A stretch of 64,000 nt of DNA from Eutreptiella sp. 'Long Island Sound 2002' (Eukaryota > Protista > Euglenida), in the NCBI GenBank assembly GCA_964036045.1, contig OZ038378.1, positions 128,340,001 through 128,404,000 of the forward strand, in the 5' to 3' direction. The notes beneath the pieces were generated by a model. That model had not been told where the DNA came from, did no database searches, and was given only the letters and a program-made list of their open reading frames with translations. Position numbers and translations under genes: made by a program. The number at the start of each line of letters is the position of its first letter. The stretch's first letter is position 1. Shown piece by piece: positions 1 to 10,329 of this stretch.

Positions 1-900
1 ATGGCCCAAGGAAGTCGCCGTCACTAACTGAGTGCCAAAGGGCTGATGCGAAGCGGACTCGGCATTCCGCCACCATTACCAAGTCACTTCGGGAGCTGCA
101 TGACCTCCAAACAGAGGGCTGGGCTAGTGCTTTCACTGACGGCTCTGCCAAGGGGCGGTTGGTGAACGCCAGACGAACAACATGGCAGCGGCAAGGGTAG
201 TGGTGCATTTTTTGGTTCGACAAAGGGTGCGGGCTCGAGTTGCCAGTGCTGTGGACTTAGAGCGTGTGTATGATGGCCTCACAAAACACCTCCGGCGTTG
301 GGAAAGGGACTCCTGGCAAACAGGGGCAGGGCCTGTTGCCCATGCGGACCTCTAGATTGAGTTGTTAGCTTGTATGCGACTTCACCAGACTTCAATTCGC
401 TTTTGTTGGCTCCACTGACACGCGGGGATTGATGGCAACGAAGGGGCTGAAGCCCTAGCTGAGCACGGGCACCCTTCAGCAACCTTACAATGAACTACGC
501 CAGGCCAAGCGCCATCGGGTAGATGCAGATTTGCTACGATAGGCTACTGTTGTTCTTTCTGGGTGCTCGTGGGTGCAAAACGAGGAGGGCGGGGTTGCTA
601 ACGACGGGATTTCTGCGCCGTCACGGGAAGGGGGCGAGGGCCATGCAGATGAGTCTGTAAGTGGGGGGAGCGCTGCCAGTGGGAACACTCTGCCTTTCAC
701 TATGGACAAGGGCCCCAGCTCGCATGAGTATGAGTATTTCCTCTCTCAGTTATTGGGTGACGAACCTGACCGCGGGAAGCGCCACAAGGAAAAGCGACTC
801 ATGAACTATCGGGGGACACGTCACAAGGGGTGGGGGCGCCGAATCTGACCCTAGCCCCCCACCCGTCGCTTCGCTTGGGCCCTATCCACAAGACAGCGAT
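1..900 (+). mobile_element. LINE 3' fragment: decayed RNase H plus C-terminal tail and start of 3' UTR
   Basis: Translated remnants FTDGSAKG (132-155), RQTNN, VYDGLTKHLRRWERDSW, HADL*, HAGIDGNEGAEALA are RNase HI motifs. The tail HEYEYFLSQLLGDEPDRGK matches 19370-19450 and, more loosely, 9320-9390. Confidence 0.85.
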
Positions 901-1121
901 TGTGGTTATTGTCAAGGGGTTTGCGAAATGTCTCGTTTACTAAGCTAAAGCCAAGGAGCATACCTGAAACGCACGTGACCCTCGCGACATAGTGCTCTTC
1001 GGGTTCTTGTCGTGGCCGCGTGCCAAGCATGGATTAGATACCGAAATAGTTTTGAGCGGTAACGAGTTGGTTCGTTTGCTACCGGTGGTTCTGCCACTTG
1101 TGGCGGCTTTTTGTTACTGTC

Positions 1122-1500
1122 GTCTTCATAGCTCACCTACAACGCACTTGGCCCTCACGGCAATGGGCGGCTGTTCGAGTCCCGGAGTGTGCGTGCCGGT
1201 GCCACTCGCGATTCTTCTTCTGGTTTCCCCCGCTCCGATCCTGCTTGGTTGCTTCTGCGTTGTGATGCACTTGGCTGTCGGAAACATCACAGGGGGTAGG
1301 TACGCCCAATTTGTCCCTGGCGTCCCTCTCTGCTCTTCGCTTGGGCGCCATCCACAACGCAACAAGTGTTCCTCCTTTGCTAGTGTATGTTTCGAACTCT
1401 CTTTACTATTTGTCACATTCTTATGGAACTTCCGGTTTGTGTAGCCGGATTCTCTCAGCGGGGGTACCCGGTCCGCCAAGTATCCATGTCTATGCCCGAC
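1122..1500 (+). mobile_element. SINE-like unit: tRNA-derived head plus LINE-derived 3' tail
   Basis: A-box-like ATAGCTCA (1128) and B-box-like GTTCGAGTCCC (~1173). The tail CTTCGCTTGGGCGCCATCCACAA (1335) ... GCCAAGTATCCATGTCTATGCC (~1495) is shared with 867-892, 10111-10320 and 19540-19600. Confidence 0.55.
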
Positions 1501-2600
1501 AGTCCTTTTTCTGGGCCCTTGAGGTCGAAGGGAGACGTTCCCTCACAGCAATACTTGAGGTCTCCTCCTTGAGTTCTTGCTTGGACGCTTGAAAAGCTGC
1601 AATAGCCTGGGCTTTACCGGGTGTTGCTGGGTGTAAGGTGTGAGGGGTGGTCTCAATGTATTTTGCAATGCCATTTAGGATTTCGCACGCAACATGTTGC
1701 TAGTCACCAAGCCGTCTGTGAGGGATGATGTTTGTGAGGAATGCCCCCCATGTCGAGGTGGACGCCACCTCCTTTTGCTCAACAATACCCTTGGGGTCTT
1801 TGCACAAGGAACACTTAGAGCCAGCCGCACCCATTGCTTGCATCCCTTTGCCATCACTCGTCAAAATAACAATGCAAGTCAAAAATTGGTTTTTAAATTG
1901 TACGATCGCCTCCTCCACATTCTGAACCTGTTGATCGAGGTTAGCAGAGACATCAAAGCTTCTTGAAAAAGCCCGCTCATGTCCCCCATCCTTGCAGAAG
2001 TGTTAGGACTACAGCTTCACTTTGGATGCATAAATTGCCCCCCCCCCCCCCATACATTGACCCATAAATCTCCACGGGTGGAGGATGCCTTCCAAAGGGC
2101 AGTTGCATCCATGGAAAGTACCACAAGGGCAACACCGCTTGGTGGGGAGGCGGTTCCTAATAACTTGAGCCATGCCAAGTACAAAATTAACAATAGATCG
2201 TCAAAGTACATGGGTAGCTGCCCTATTCTAACCTATGGTGGATTTTGTAATAGTTGCTTGGATAAAGTAGGGCATTCCACTTTTCCGAACGGTTATTAGG
2301 TCCCGTTGGGTACAGCGGCGTGGCATCCCAAAAGAGTGTACTGGAAAGATGCATGCTGCATGCCATGCGTAGCATGCTCAAGGCCTCATCCTCCCTAGCT
2401 GTCAGTGCAAGATGGCCATCGAGTCGGATAGAGAGGGCAATGCAAGACCCAACATAAAACCAAACTTCTCCCTTGGTGTTGGTGACGCACATGATGTGGG
2501 GATCACCCAAACTGGCTAGAGCCACCCTCTGAACGCCTTCAACCACCACAGCTGGGCCTCGGGGCATTGGAAATACGTTTATCACCGTAGGTTGAATGAA
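1500..2600 (-). pseudogene. DDE transposase remnant, RAG1/Transib/Chapaev-like motif order
   Basis: VALVVLSMDAT ... ILTSDGK ... CSLC ... RLGD*QH (GDYQH in copy B): first D on a beta strand, second D, CxxC, D..H. Contains stops and frameshifts. Confidence 0.5.
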
Positions 2601-4075
2601 TTTAGAGCATTCAGGGTATCATTGACCGCAGTGTCCATGCAAAATTAGATGCTATGCATTGGAAATGAGGGATAGAATCGATGCAGGGGCCCAAAAAATA
2701 CACTTCTTGTCTCGCACAGGGGTTGGTGCGGACTAACTTGAGGGGTTAGTGCAGACCAGGCAACTTGAAACCGAGGTCAACAAGTTGTTGCTGCCATGAA
2801 GATGTGCTACGGGGCAACCCACTTGCGCCGTAGAAGATCACACTCCATGGCTCACCCTCCGATAGCAAAGGACCATGTAGTGCCCGGGTTTTGAACAACA
2901 CGGGGGCCTCTAGTGTGGCCTTGCATGTCCCAACGGGAACCCAAAACCCTTGTGCACACGGGTGTGGCGCTTTTTGTCCGTCAGGTATGGATTCAACAAG
3001 CCACCACCGAAAAATATCCCCCCCTTGAAAGTCCCCATGCACACAATTGGCGCCATGGGCACCCCATCACGCAAATGGGTGTGAAGGCCCATGGCCTCAC
3101 TCCATAGCGGAACGACAACCGGCATGCTACACCATGGTGCAGCACTCAGATTGCCGTGCTCATTGAGCTGTGCAACCAAGGGGAGGAGGGAAGGCCCAAA
3201 GGTAGCACCAGCCACCCTGTTTGTCCAAAAAATCGAGGAGCGGGGGATCCCGCTTCCCACTATCCCCAAGTGGCACATGTCAAGTTGGGCCCCATATCGC
3301 TTATCCCCCTTAAAAATCCAATTAGGCACCCACTTGACCACTTGACCACGTGAGTCATTGTCTCGCACTCGTGCTCCTGATTTTACCCTGACTCTGAACC
3401 CCCTGTTGACCGCTGAATGTGGCATTAAGCGTGGAAGTGAGGGCGCACACATGCGTCTCCGCCACCCCCAGCCGGAGCTGCAGCTCATCCTTGGCCTTCC
3501 GCAACGCCTCCACCTCCACTCTCAACCCTGCCGCCTCCACTTTGGCCTTTTAACGCCCCTAGGTTGCTTCCCTCTAGTCATCCCTCAACCCATGGCTCTT
3601 CACCCAGCTCTTTTTGCCCACGTTGAGGGCACAGTCGAGCGCACGCTCTGTGTGGCCCTGGATCTTCCCCACCCCGACTGCGGTGACGTGCTTTTGGCTT
3701 GCCTTCTCTTGGTTAGCGTAGCTTCCGCCCCGTCAGGGCCGCTTGCCCAGCAAAAGTTTGTCAAACGTCGCTCGCGTGGGTGTCTACAGCGCAGGCCAAG
3801 GCCCTCTCATCAAGGGCAGGTGCTTGGGCTTGCCCCTCAGGCACCTTCGCTTCTTCGGGGGAACGGGTAGGGGCTTTGCCCCAAGAGGGAGAAGCCTCGG
3901 CCTCCTCCTGCACCACCACCACCTCCTCTTTGGCACTTCGCTGCGTGGGCCTCCCGCCCTTGGGGTGGTACTCGACAGTCTGGTTCTCGCTGAAGTGTTG
4001 TGTTCCTTCGAAGCCTTGTGGGACCTTTGCTGTCTGGTGACAAGTTTTCCTAACCAATGAGTTTTGCTGCGAATC
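1500..4075 (-). mobile_element. 3' half of modular DNA-transposon-like element (copy A): coiled-coil module, unknown module, RAG1/Transib-like transposase remnant
   Basis: Reverse-complement homologue of 48750-51370, e.g. ALRKAKDELQLRLGVAE vs TLRKPQEDLQQRPGVAE, and FLTCIVILTSDGKGMQAMGAAGSKCSLC vs FLTCIVIPTRDGKGMQAMGGAGSKCWLC. Confidence 0.7.
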
Positions 4076-4079
4076 ACGG

Positions 4080-4760
4080 GGCCCTCGCGATACAGCTCGG
4101 GGTCAAGTCCCGGCACATCGCACGGGACCCTAGGGCCGTGAGGGGCGCTAGGGGAATGGAGCAGGCCCAATTTCGGGGCCTCCACGTTACCGGCACGGCA
4201 GCAACCTAACTGGAGCGACGGGCCGCGGAAGAAGGCCGAGAAAGAACGACGGCAGTCGGGACTGCAGAGGTTTTGCATAGCGGCCGTGGTGGTGGTCGAG
4301 AGCAAACCGTCACCAACAGCAAGGGCAACGAGGTCCAGGGCGAGTTGCGGGGGACGAGGGTCGCCGAGGGGGACATAGAGGGGAGCGAGAGCATTGCCGG
4401 GGCCGGCAAACTTGCCACTCAAAGTGGGGAGGACGACCGAAGCGTAGGGGCCAGGCGGTGAAGCCACCCTAACAGCGTCCAAAGTTACCACACCGGTTGG
4501 CATACCGCCGTAGCCGGGGGGGATGGATGTGCCAGGCCCCACCCCGAGGCACCTCTGAGCCGCTGCGTGGGTTTGGGTCGGCTGAGTCAGATGTGGGTGC
4601 AGGGGCCTGAGGGTTGGTGCAAGCGGCGAGTGGGTGGGATGGAGGACTTGCACTGCGCGGTGCAGAAAGCCTGTGGGGCGCCTATGGGAGCCTGGTGGCT
4701 GGTTTGCGGGGGCAGAGTGCTGCGTGAAGAGGAGCAGGAGGTGTACAAGGGGGACCAAAT
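4080..4760 (-). pseudogene. Unassigned coding-like fragment, probably from a retroelement ORF
   Basis: Part of ORF 3784-4758 reads protein-like (YASVVLPTLSGKFAGPGNALAPLYVPLGDPRPPQLALDLVALAVGDGLL); no diagnostic motif. Confidence 0.25.
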
Positions 4761-4779
4761 GTAGGTCCGTTTCCGGGCC

Positions 4780-5238
4780 GTGGGAGGTGGCGGGGCGCGG
4801 CGGGACAGGCTAGGGGTTCGGGGGGGAACACACGATGGGGAGGGGGGGACGGGACGGACACTTGAGAAGATGATGGTGATGATGCTGCTGCAGGGCGAGC
4901 AGCTGCAGCTACTAGCCGCCAGTACAAGCGGCTTGCGGAAGGAGGCACAAGAGTTGAAGAGCGGCAAGGGGAAGGAGAAGCAGCATGAGGAGAAGGAGGA
5001 GCCCATTCCTCCGCTCTCGATGGCCAATGTGGAGAAGATGGAAGGCGCCCCGCATATGCCTCGCTGGTTGTGGGGGCAATTCAAGCTCTTGAAGGAGTTG
5101 TTGGGGGGCGTGGGGGAGGAATGGGTGGCGGAAGACATGGAAGGGGTAGAAGCGGGGGACGGGGGAGTGGCTTTGGATTCAGACGTTGTCTTGACGGATC
5201 CAGAAGACAGGGGGACCCCTTGGGATATATTTGCGTAG
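4780..5238 (+). pseudogene. Coiled-coil ORF1/gag-like fragment upstream of LINE pol
   Basis: 152-aa ORF with a helical charged segment (LEKMMVMMLLQGEQLQLLAASTSGLRKEAQELK) just 5' of the RT frame; no endonuclease motifs recognised. Confidence 0.3.
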
Positions 5239-5449
5239 GAGATCCGGGTGGGTATGGCCTGGAACCAACGTGAGTACGGAGCCCAATGGTGTGGTTCCAA
5301 GAAGGCGGCAAGCCAGCAGCAAACAGAGTCCAAGGGTGGAGGTTGGGGTGTGTGTGTGGTTGCTATGACACAACCGGGATTTTACACGGGGAGCAAGTGG
5401 CATTGCACCAGGGGGGGCTGTGCTTTAAGACCATGGGAAGCAACCCTAA

Positions 5450-8400
5450 ATGGGTCCCGCTGTCGGGCAAGCCTACCTAGCGGTGCCAACGGTTCAGCCC
5501 GAAGGGGGTGAGCCGCCGTCGGTCGAGGTAGGCAGGGCCAGACAGAAGTTCCCGGAGGCCATGTTGCCGGATGAGGTGGCAATGCTTGGGCTACAAGAGC
5601 GGGTGCACTCACTGCGTTTGGAGTCCCCACTAGAGTGGTGGCAGGCGGCACAGTGCATTGTGCGGGAGGAGGGGGCAGCGTGGGCCCGGAGCCAGTCCAC
5701 CAGGGGATTCTCTCAGTTGGAGGCCGCGGTGCGGGCCAGCTCTCCATGACATGTGGTGCGGGCAGGGTGGGAATACCTAGAGCAGCAGTGCCTGAGCTCA
5801 GGCACTACAAGGGATGTGTATCGAACGTTGGCGGCGTTCTTGGCGGATGAGCGTCTAGAAGCGTCCCACCAAAAGTCGATGAACCAGCTGCGGAAGGAAC
5901 TGCAGACGAAAGGGGAGCGCGTGGAGGACTCCCGGCAGCGACGCCGCCGGGTACTGCGGTTGATGAAAGAGATGGAGGAGCGGCGGACAGTCATGCGACT
6001 TCGGGATTCACAGGGCTGCTACGCTCAAAATAGGGAGCAGATGGCCTCAATGCTGCAAAAACTTTGGGAAGGGGTCATGCTGGACAATGCGGTCACGGAG
6101 ATGGAGTGCACAAGGTATTTGGACTCTCTTCCGATACCGGCCAATGTCAGGAGGGCGGCTCCCTTATTGTTCCGGCCGTTGCGCCTGCCGTTGGTCCAGG
6201 ATGCACTGCGGCAAATGAAGCCCCACTCGTCGCCGGGACTGGATGGCATACAAGCGTCGGTCTATCAAGCCATGGATGACATACTCAGTGAAAAGATGAT
6301 GGACATCATGGGTCACTTTTTGGCGGGTGGGGCTATACCGGAGGATTGGACCGCCACCATCCTGAAATGCATCCCCAAAAGCATTTTGGCGGAGACGCCG
6401 GACAAGCAACGGCCTTTGGCCTTACAGAACACCAAGGTGAAGTGGGTGAGTGCGGTCATGCTGTTACAGATTCAAGATGTGCTACAGGCTATCACCCCGT
6501 CCTCACAAAAGGGATTCCTGCGCGGGAGGCAAATGCGTGAGGCGGTAGATTTTTGGGGCCGTAACCGCCGCTGCGTGGTCGTAGCCATTGATTTTCAGAA
6601 GGCATACGACAGTGTTCAACACTCTTTTGTGCGGGTGATGTTGTGATACTTAGTGATAGATCAGGATTACGTTGCACTGCTGATGCAACTGCTGACAGCG
6701 GAATTGGTTATCGAGGTTTGTGGGGAAGTAGTGCCGTCCGCAGTTGTACGGCCCCGTAGTGGTGTGCGGCAAGGAGATCCCCTTTCGCTAGCACTGTTCT
6801 CTGCTTGGACTCTCGCTTTAGTATATGATGTATCTCGCCTCCATGCGGATGTCGAGACTTTGCTTTATGCGGACGACATACGGCTGATTTTTCGAGGCAG
6901 TGGCCGCCGTACAGTGGGTGATGTGGAGGCAGTGCTGTATGTCCTCGGCATATTCGGCCACTACTCTGGGTTGACGATCAATAGGGGCAAGTTGTACGCA
7001 TTAGTCAAGACGCGGTCGCGGGAGTGTCCGACGCACATTGTTGGCCTCCAGGTGCAGCAGAAGCTCAAGTACTTGGCTGTGCTGCTAGCCCATGTCCCGC
7101 CGTCGGAGGCATATGGTTCGGTCATCTCCAAAATGATGCTACGGGTGCGCCACCTCTCCACGCTGCCGCTACCACTGGAGGAGAAGGCCGCGCCACTGCA
7201 AATGTGGATATCCCCATGTTGCTACCTGACGGCGAGAGTCCATCGCCATAATTTGCACGTGGAGCGCCAGATGCACGCCATATAGGCCATTGCCTTGAGT
7301 ATGAGCTGCTGGGGCCTGACTAGAGGAATCTTGGCGGAGCCTGCTAGTCGTGGGGGTGTAGAGATGGCCAGCTTGGCGGCCTACATCCAGTGGGTGCATT
7401 CCCACTCTTTTGTCCTATTCGCCCAAGGGGTCTTTCGCCTCTCGCAGGGGCTGACTCAACCCTTTGAGGACTGGGCTCGCTCTGTGGGGTTGGTGTACAA
7501 CAGTGTTACGCTGCCGTACCTGCAGCTGTCGCCAGTGGTTAAACAGCCGCCAGGTTACCTCTGGGGTTCTCTTCGGTCGTGTTCTGAGGTGCGCAAGGGG
7601 ATGCCAGTGCCCCCGCCCCCGCCACCGATGCGGACAGGAGTTATGGGGATTTGGCATAATGCGATGTTCAAGAATGTTCAGCGTCAAACGCATGCCCACA
7701 TGCCGTCAGTACGTCGAGGAGCATTCCTGTGGGAGCACTTGGTGCTATCAGAGGTGATGCAGCCGGCCGCAGTGCAGGCGATAGCGCCCACCTTTCGCTT
7801 CGAATACCCCTCAGTGGTGCAAACGATCCTGGCGGTGCAGTCCGGGGGGGCACAGTGGCGTGCTGAGGCTCCCTGCGACATGGGCAAGTGGGCCCAGGCG
7901 TGGAGGACGAGGTCTTTACCGCTAGCGGCCACCAAAGACCGGATGATCTTTCGACCTACTAGACATCGGGTCTGGAAGGTCTTCTCGCGGCTCAGAGTCC
8001 CATCGTTTGACAGATACATTATACGCCGGGCTTTGTGGCGTAAGCTTACAGTGGCTCAGCGGCTGTGCGCCATGACACGGCAGGACAACTGCCCATTCGA
8101 CCCGTTGGTGGAGATGCACCAACACTTCTTTGAGGGTTGTCAGTTCACAGAGTTCTTGGGATCATCGATCGAGCATACTTATGGGCGGGTGGAGATGGAG
8201 GACGGGGGGTGGGTGACAGTGAAGCACTTGCCATACCGGCAGACAGAGCTGAGCCTAACCACCACGCATGGGCTGGTTTATTGGGCGGGGGTGGCTGCGG
8301 CATGGTCACTGCGGTGCCAGCGATTGTTCATGGGGACATTGTTTGCTGCTTTTGAGTTTGTGGCAGCGTTGGTGTATAAGCTGCGAGTGTGGCTCCACCT

Positions 8401-9390
8401 GCAGAACCCCTCCCTCCCACGGGCAGAGTTGCGACCATATTTGGATAACTTGCTAGAGTGGCAACGCACACGCCGGCCGGGCGCGAATAGGAGGTCCCCC
8501 AAAGGGCCGAGACCAATCCTGTCCCTAACAGCGGAGTTGACAACCGAGTGGAAAAAGCAGAACTACACACAACACATTGAGCAGACCTTAAATGCGCCCG
8601 GGGTGCTGCAAGAACAGCGTTGGGATGTGGTGTTTACGGATGGGTCCTCCAAAAGGGTACAGGGGTGGGAGCAGGCAGGGTTTGGGGGTTTTTACGGAGA
8701 AGGGGATGAGAGAATTTTTTCATGCCCCCTAGACCCCCATGAGGTGCAGACCAATGGCAGGGCAGAGGTGCGCGCAGTCCTGTTTTCCATGCGCCAATGC
8801 ACTGGAGCTCGCCCCATGGCAATAGTGATAGACTCAGACTTCTTCTTCAATGGACTGACGAAACACTTCCTCCTTTGGGAGAGACGGGATTAGCTAGGAA
8901 TCTCCCACTCTGACCAGTGGGTGCAGATTTTGGGACTGGCTAGGGATTCGTCTAGGCAGTATAAGTTTTAATGGGTGCCATCCCACGTTTCCATAGAGGG
9001 TAATGAGGGAGCAGATAGGCAGACAGCGGAGGGACGGGTACTGCACGAGTACAATTTGCAGCCGTTACCTAAGCGACAACGCCTGAGCCCACCGGACGTG
9101 CCACATTCAGGCGCCATGGGGAGGGGGGGGCGAGAGGTGACCCCCCTGCCGCAAGCCACCTCGTGGTTGCTGTCCGAGGCCTCGTTTGTGTTGAAGAGCG
9201 AGGAGGAGGATATGCCAGGTGCACAAGGGGGTTCCCCACAGGGCCTGTCAGTGATAACAATATCGGAGGACGAGGAGGGGGGGGGGCGTGCGAGCGTTCA
9301 TCGGAGTCTGGGGACGAGCCCCCGGTAGACGAGTACGAGGCCCACCTGGCCCGGTTCCTGAACCCCAAGCGGCGCAAGGGCGACGCGTGA
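5450..9390 (+). mobile_element. LINE pol pseudogene: RT, zinc finger, C-terminal RNase H
   Basis: ORFs 5450, 5753, 6653, 7295 and 8975 lie in one frame. Motifs: SPGLDG, RPLALQN, AIDFQKAYD, GVRQGDPLS, YADD (6866), YLAV, CPFDPLVEMHQHFFEGC, VFTDGSS, QTNGRAEV, IDSD, WVPSHVSIEGNEGAD. Confidence 0.93.
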
Positions 9391-9440
9391 GGCGGAGCCG
9401 CGTTGATGTGTTGATTGTACATGTCAGACAACTTGTCCCA

Positions 9441-9510
9441 TCTCTTCATAGCATAGCGGAAAACCACAACTCTTCCAACCAGTGGAGGCGGGTTCAAACC
9501 CCAAGGGGGG
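9441..9510 (+). pseudogene. tRNA-derived segment (Gly-TCC-like)
   Basis: A box TAGCATAGCGG, anticodon-loop-like CTTCCAA, B box GGTTCAAACCCC; TCTCTT/AAGGGG can form an acceptor stem. Confidence 0.5.
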
Positions 9511-9666
9511 TTGAGACGCACCCGACGTCCCGAACACCCCTTTCATGAGAGACCAAGAGCGCGAGAGAGAGAGGGACACAATGGCGGGAGGTCCAGAGCG
9601 CATAAGTTAGAGAACGTGGGAAGAGTCCTGTGGATACGCCATGTTACTGGACAACGTGCTAAGGGA

Positions 9667-9738
9667 GGCAGAGTGGCGTAGTGGTTACCATCGTTGGCAG
9701 TCGTCGCATAGATCGCTGGTTCGAACCCGCCTGTAGCA
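9667..9738 (+). pseudogene. tRNA-derived segment
   Basis: GGCAGAGTGGCGTAGTGG (A box) ... GGTTCGAACCC (B box) at tRNA spacing; the anticodon arm is degenerate. Confidence 0.55.
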
Positions 9739-9967
9739 GTGCTTCCCCCCACCGGCCCCGCCTGACTAGGGACTGGGGCCCCTCCCGCTTTTGATTCTTT
9801 TAACCACTCCCTGACGGGCAACTACAGAACACAGGTGGACGACCGCATAGGCGATGAGGAAAAAGGAACCCGGCCACCTGCAGCAGTGCGCCCCACCACC
9901 GCCTCCGCCCGACGGGAGGCTGCCACCCCACCCGTTGCTTGCCTTTGCCCGAGCCGTCGCTCGGGCG

Positions 9968-10041
9968 GCTCGGGCAGCGGGAATCGAACCCGGGACCAGC
10001 GACGCTGGCGTCCAGGGTGCTTCCACTGAGGCACGCGGCGC
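9968..10041 (-). pseudogene. tRNA-derived segment (Gly-GCC-like)
   Basis: Minus strand GTGCCTCAGTGG ... ACGCCAG ... CCCGGGTTCGATTCCCG. Confidence 0.5.
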
Positions 10042-10099
10042 TCCATCTGTTCAAGGACGCGTGAGGGCCTTGAGGAGGGATGTCCAACGTTACCCAACC

Positions 10100-10320
10100 G
10101 TCCCACACCGCGCTTCGCTTGGGCGCCATCCATAAGAAACCAAGTGTGTCTAACCGGATGTATGTAGTGCAGACACTTAGTAGTAGTATGTGGGCAAAAG
10201 CTATTGGCTTGGGCCTCAGCACATTGCATGGTTACGACCACTACGAACTGATTTGTGCGGAGCCGGATCCTGTGAGCGGGGGTACCGGGTTAGCCAAGTA
10301 TCCGTCTCTATGCCAGCCAT
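10100..10320 (+). mobile_element. LINE-family 3' terminal tail
   Basis: CGCTTCGCTTGGGCGCCATCC ... GCGGGGGTACCGGGTTAGCCAAGTATCCGTCTCTATGCC, homologous to 1335-1500 and 19540-19600. Confidence 0.6.
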
Positions 10321-10329
10321 TGGAAAGGG

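Noticed and set aside
5450-9328. Stop-codon reassignment or readthrough explaining the in-frame stops
   Set aside because: TAG appears to stand for both Gln and Trp positions, and sister copies are frameshifted; mutational decay is simpler.
9441-10041. Functional tRNA genes
   Set aside because: D and anticodon stems pair poorly and no T-run terminators follow; kept only as tRNA-derived sequence.
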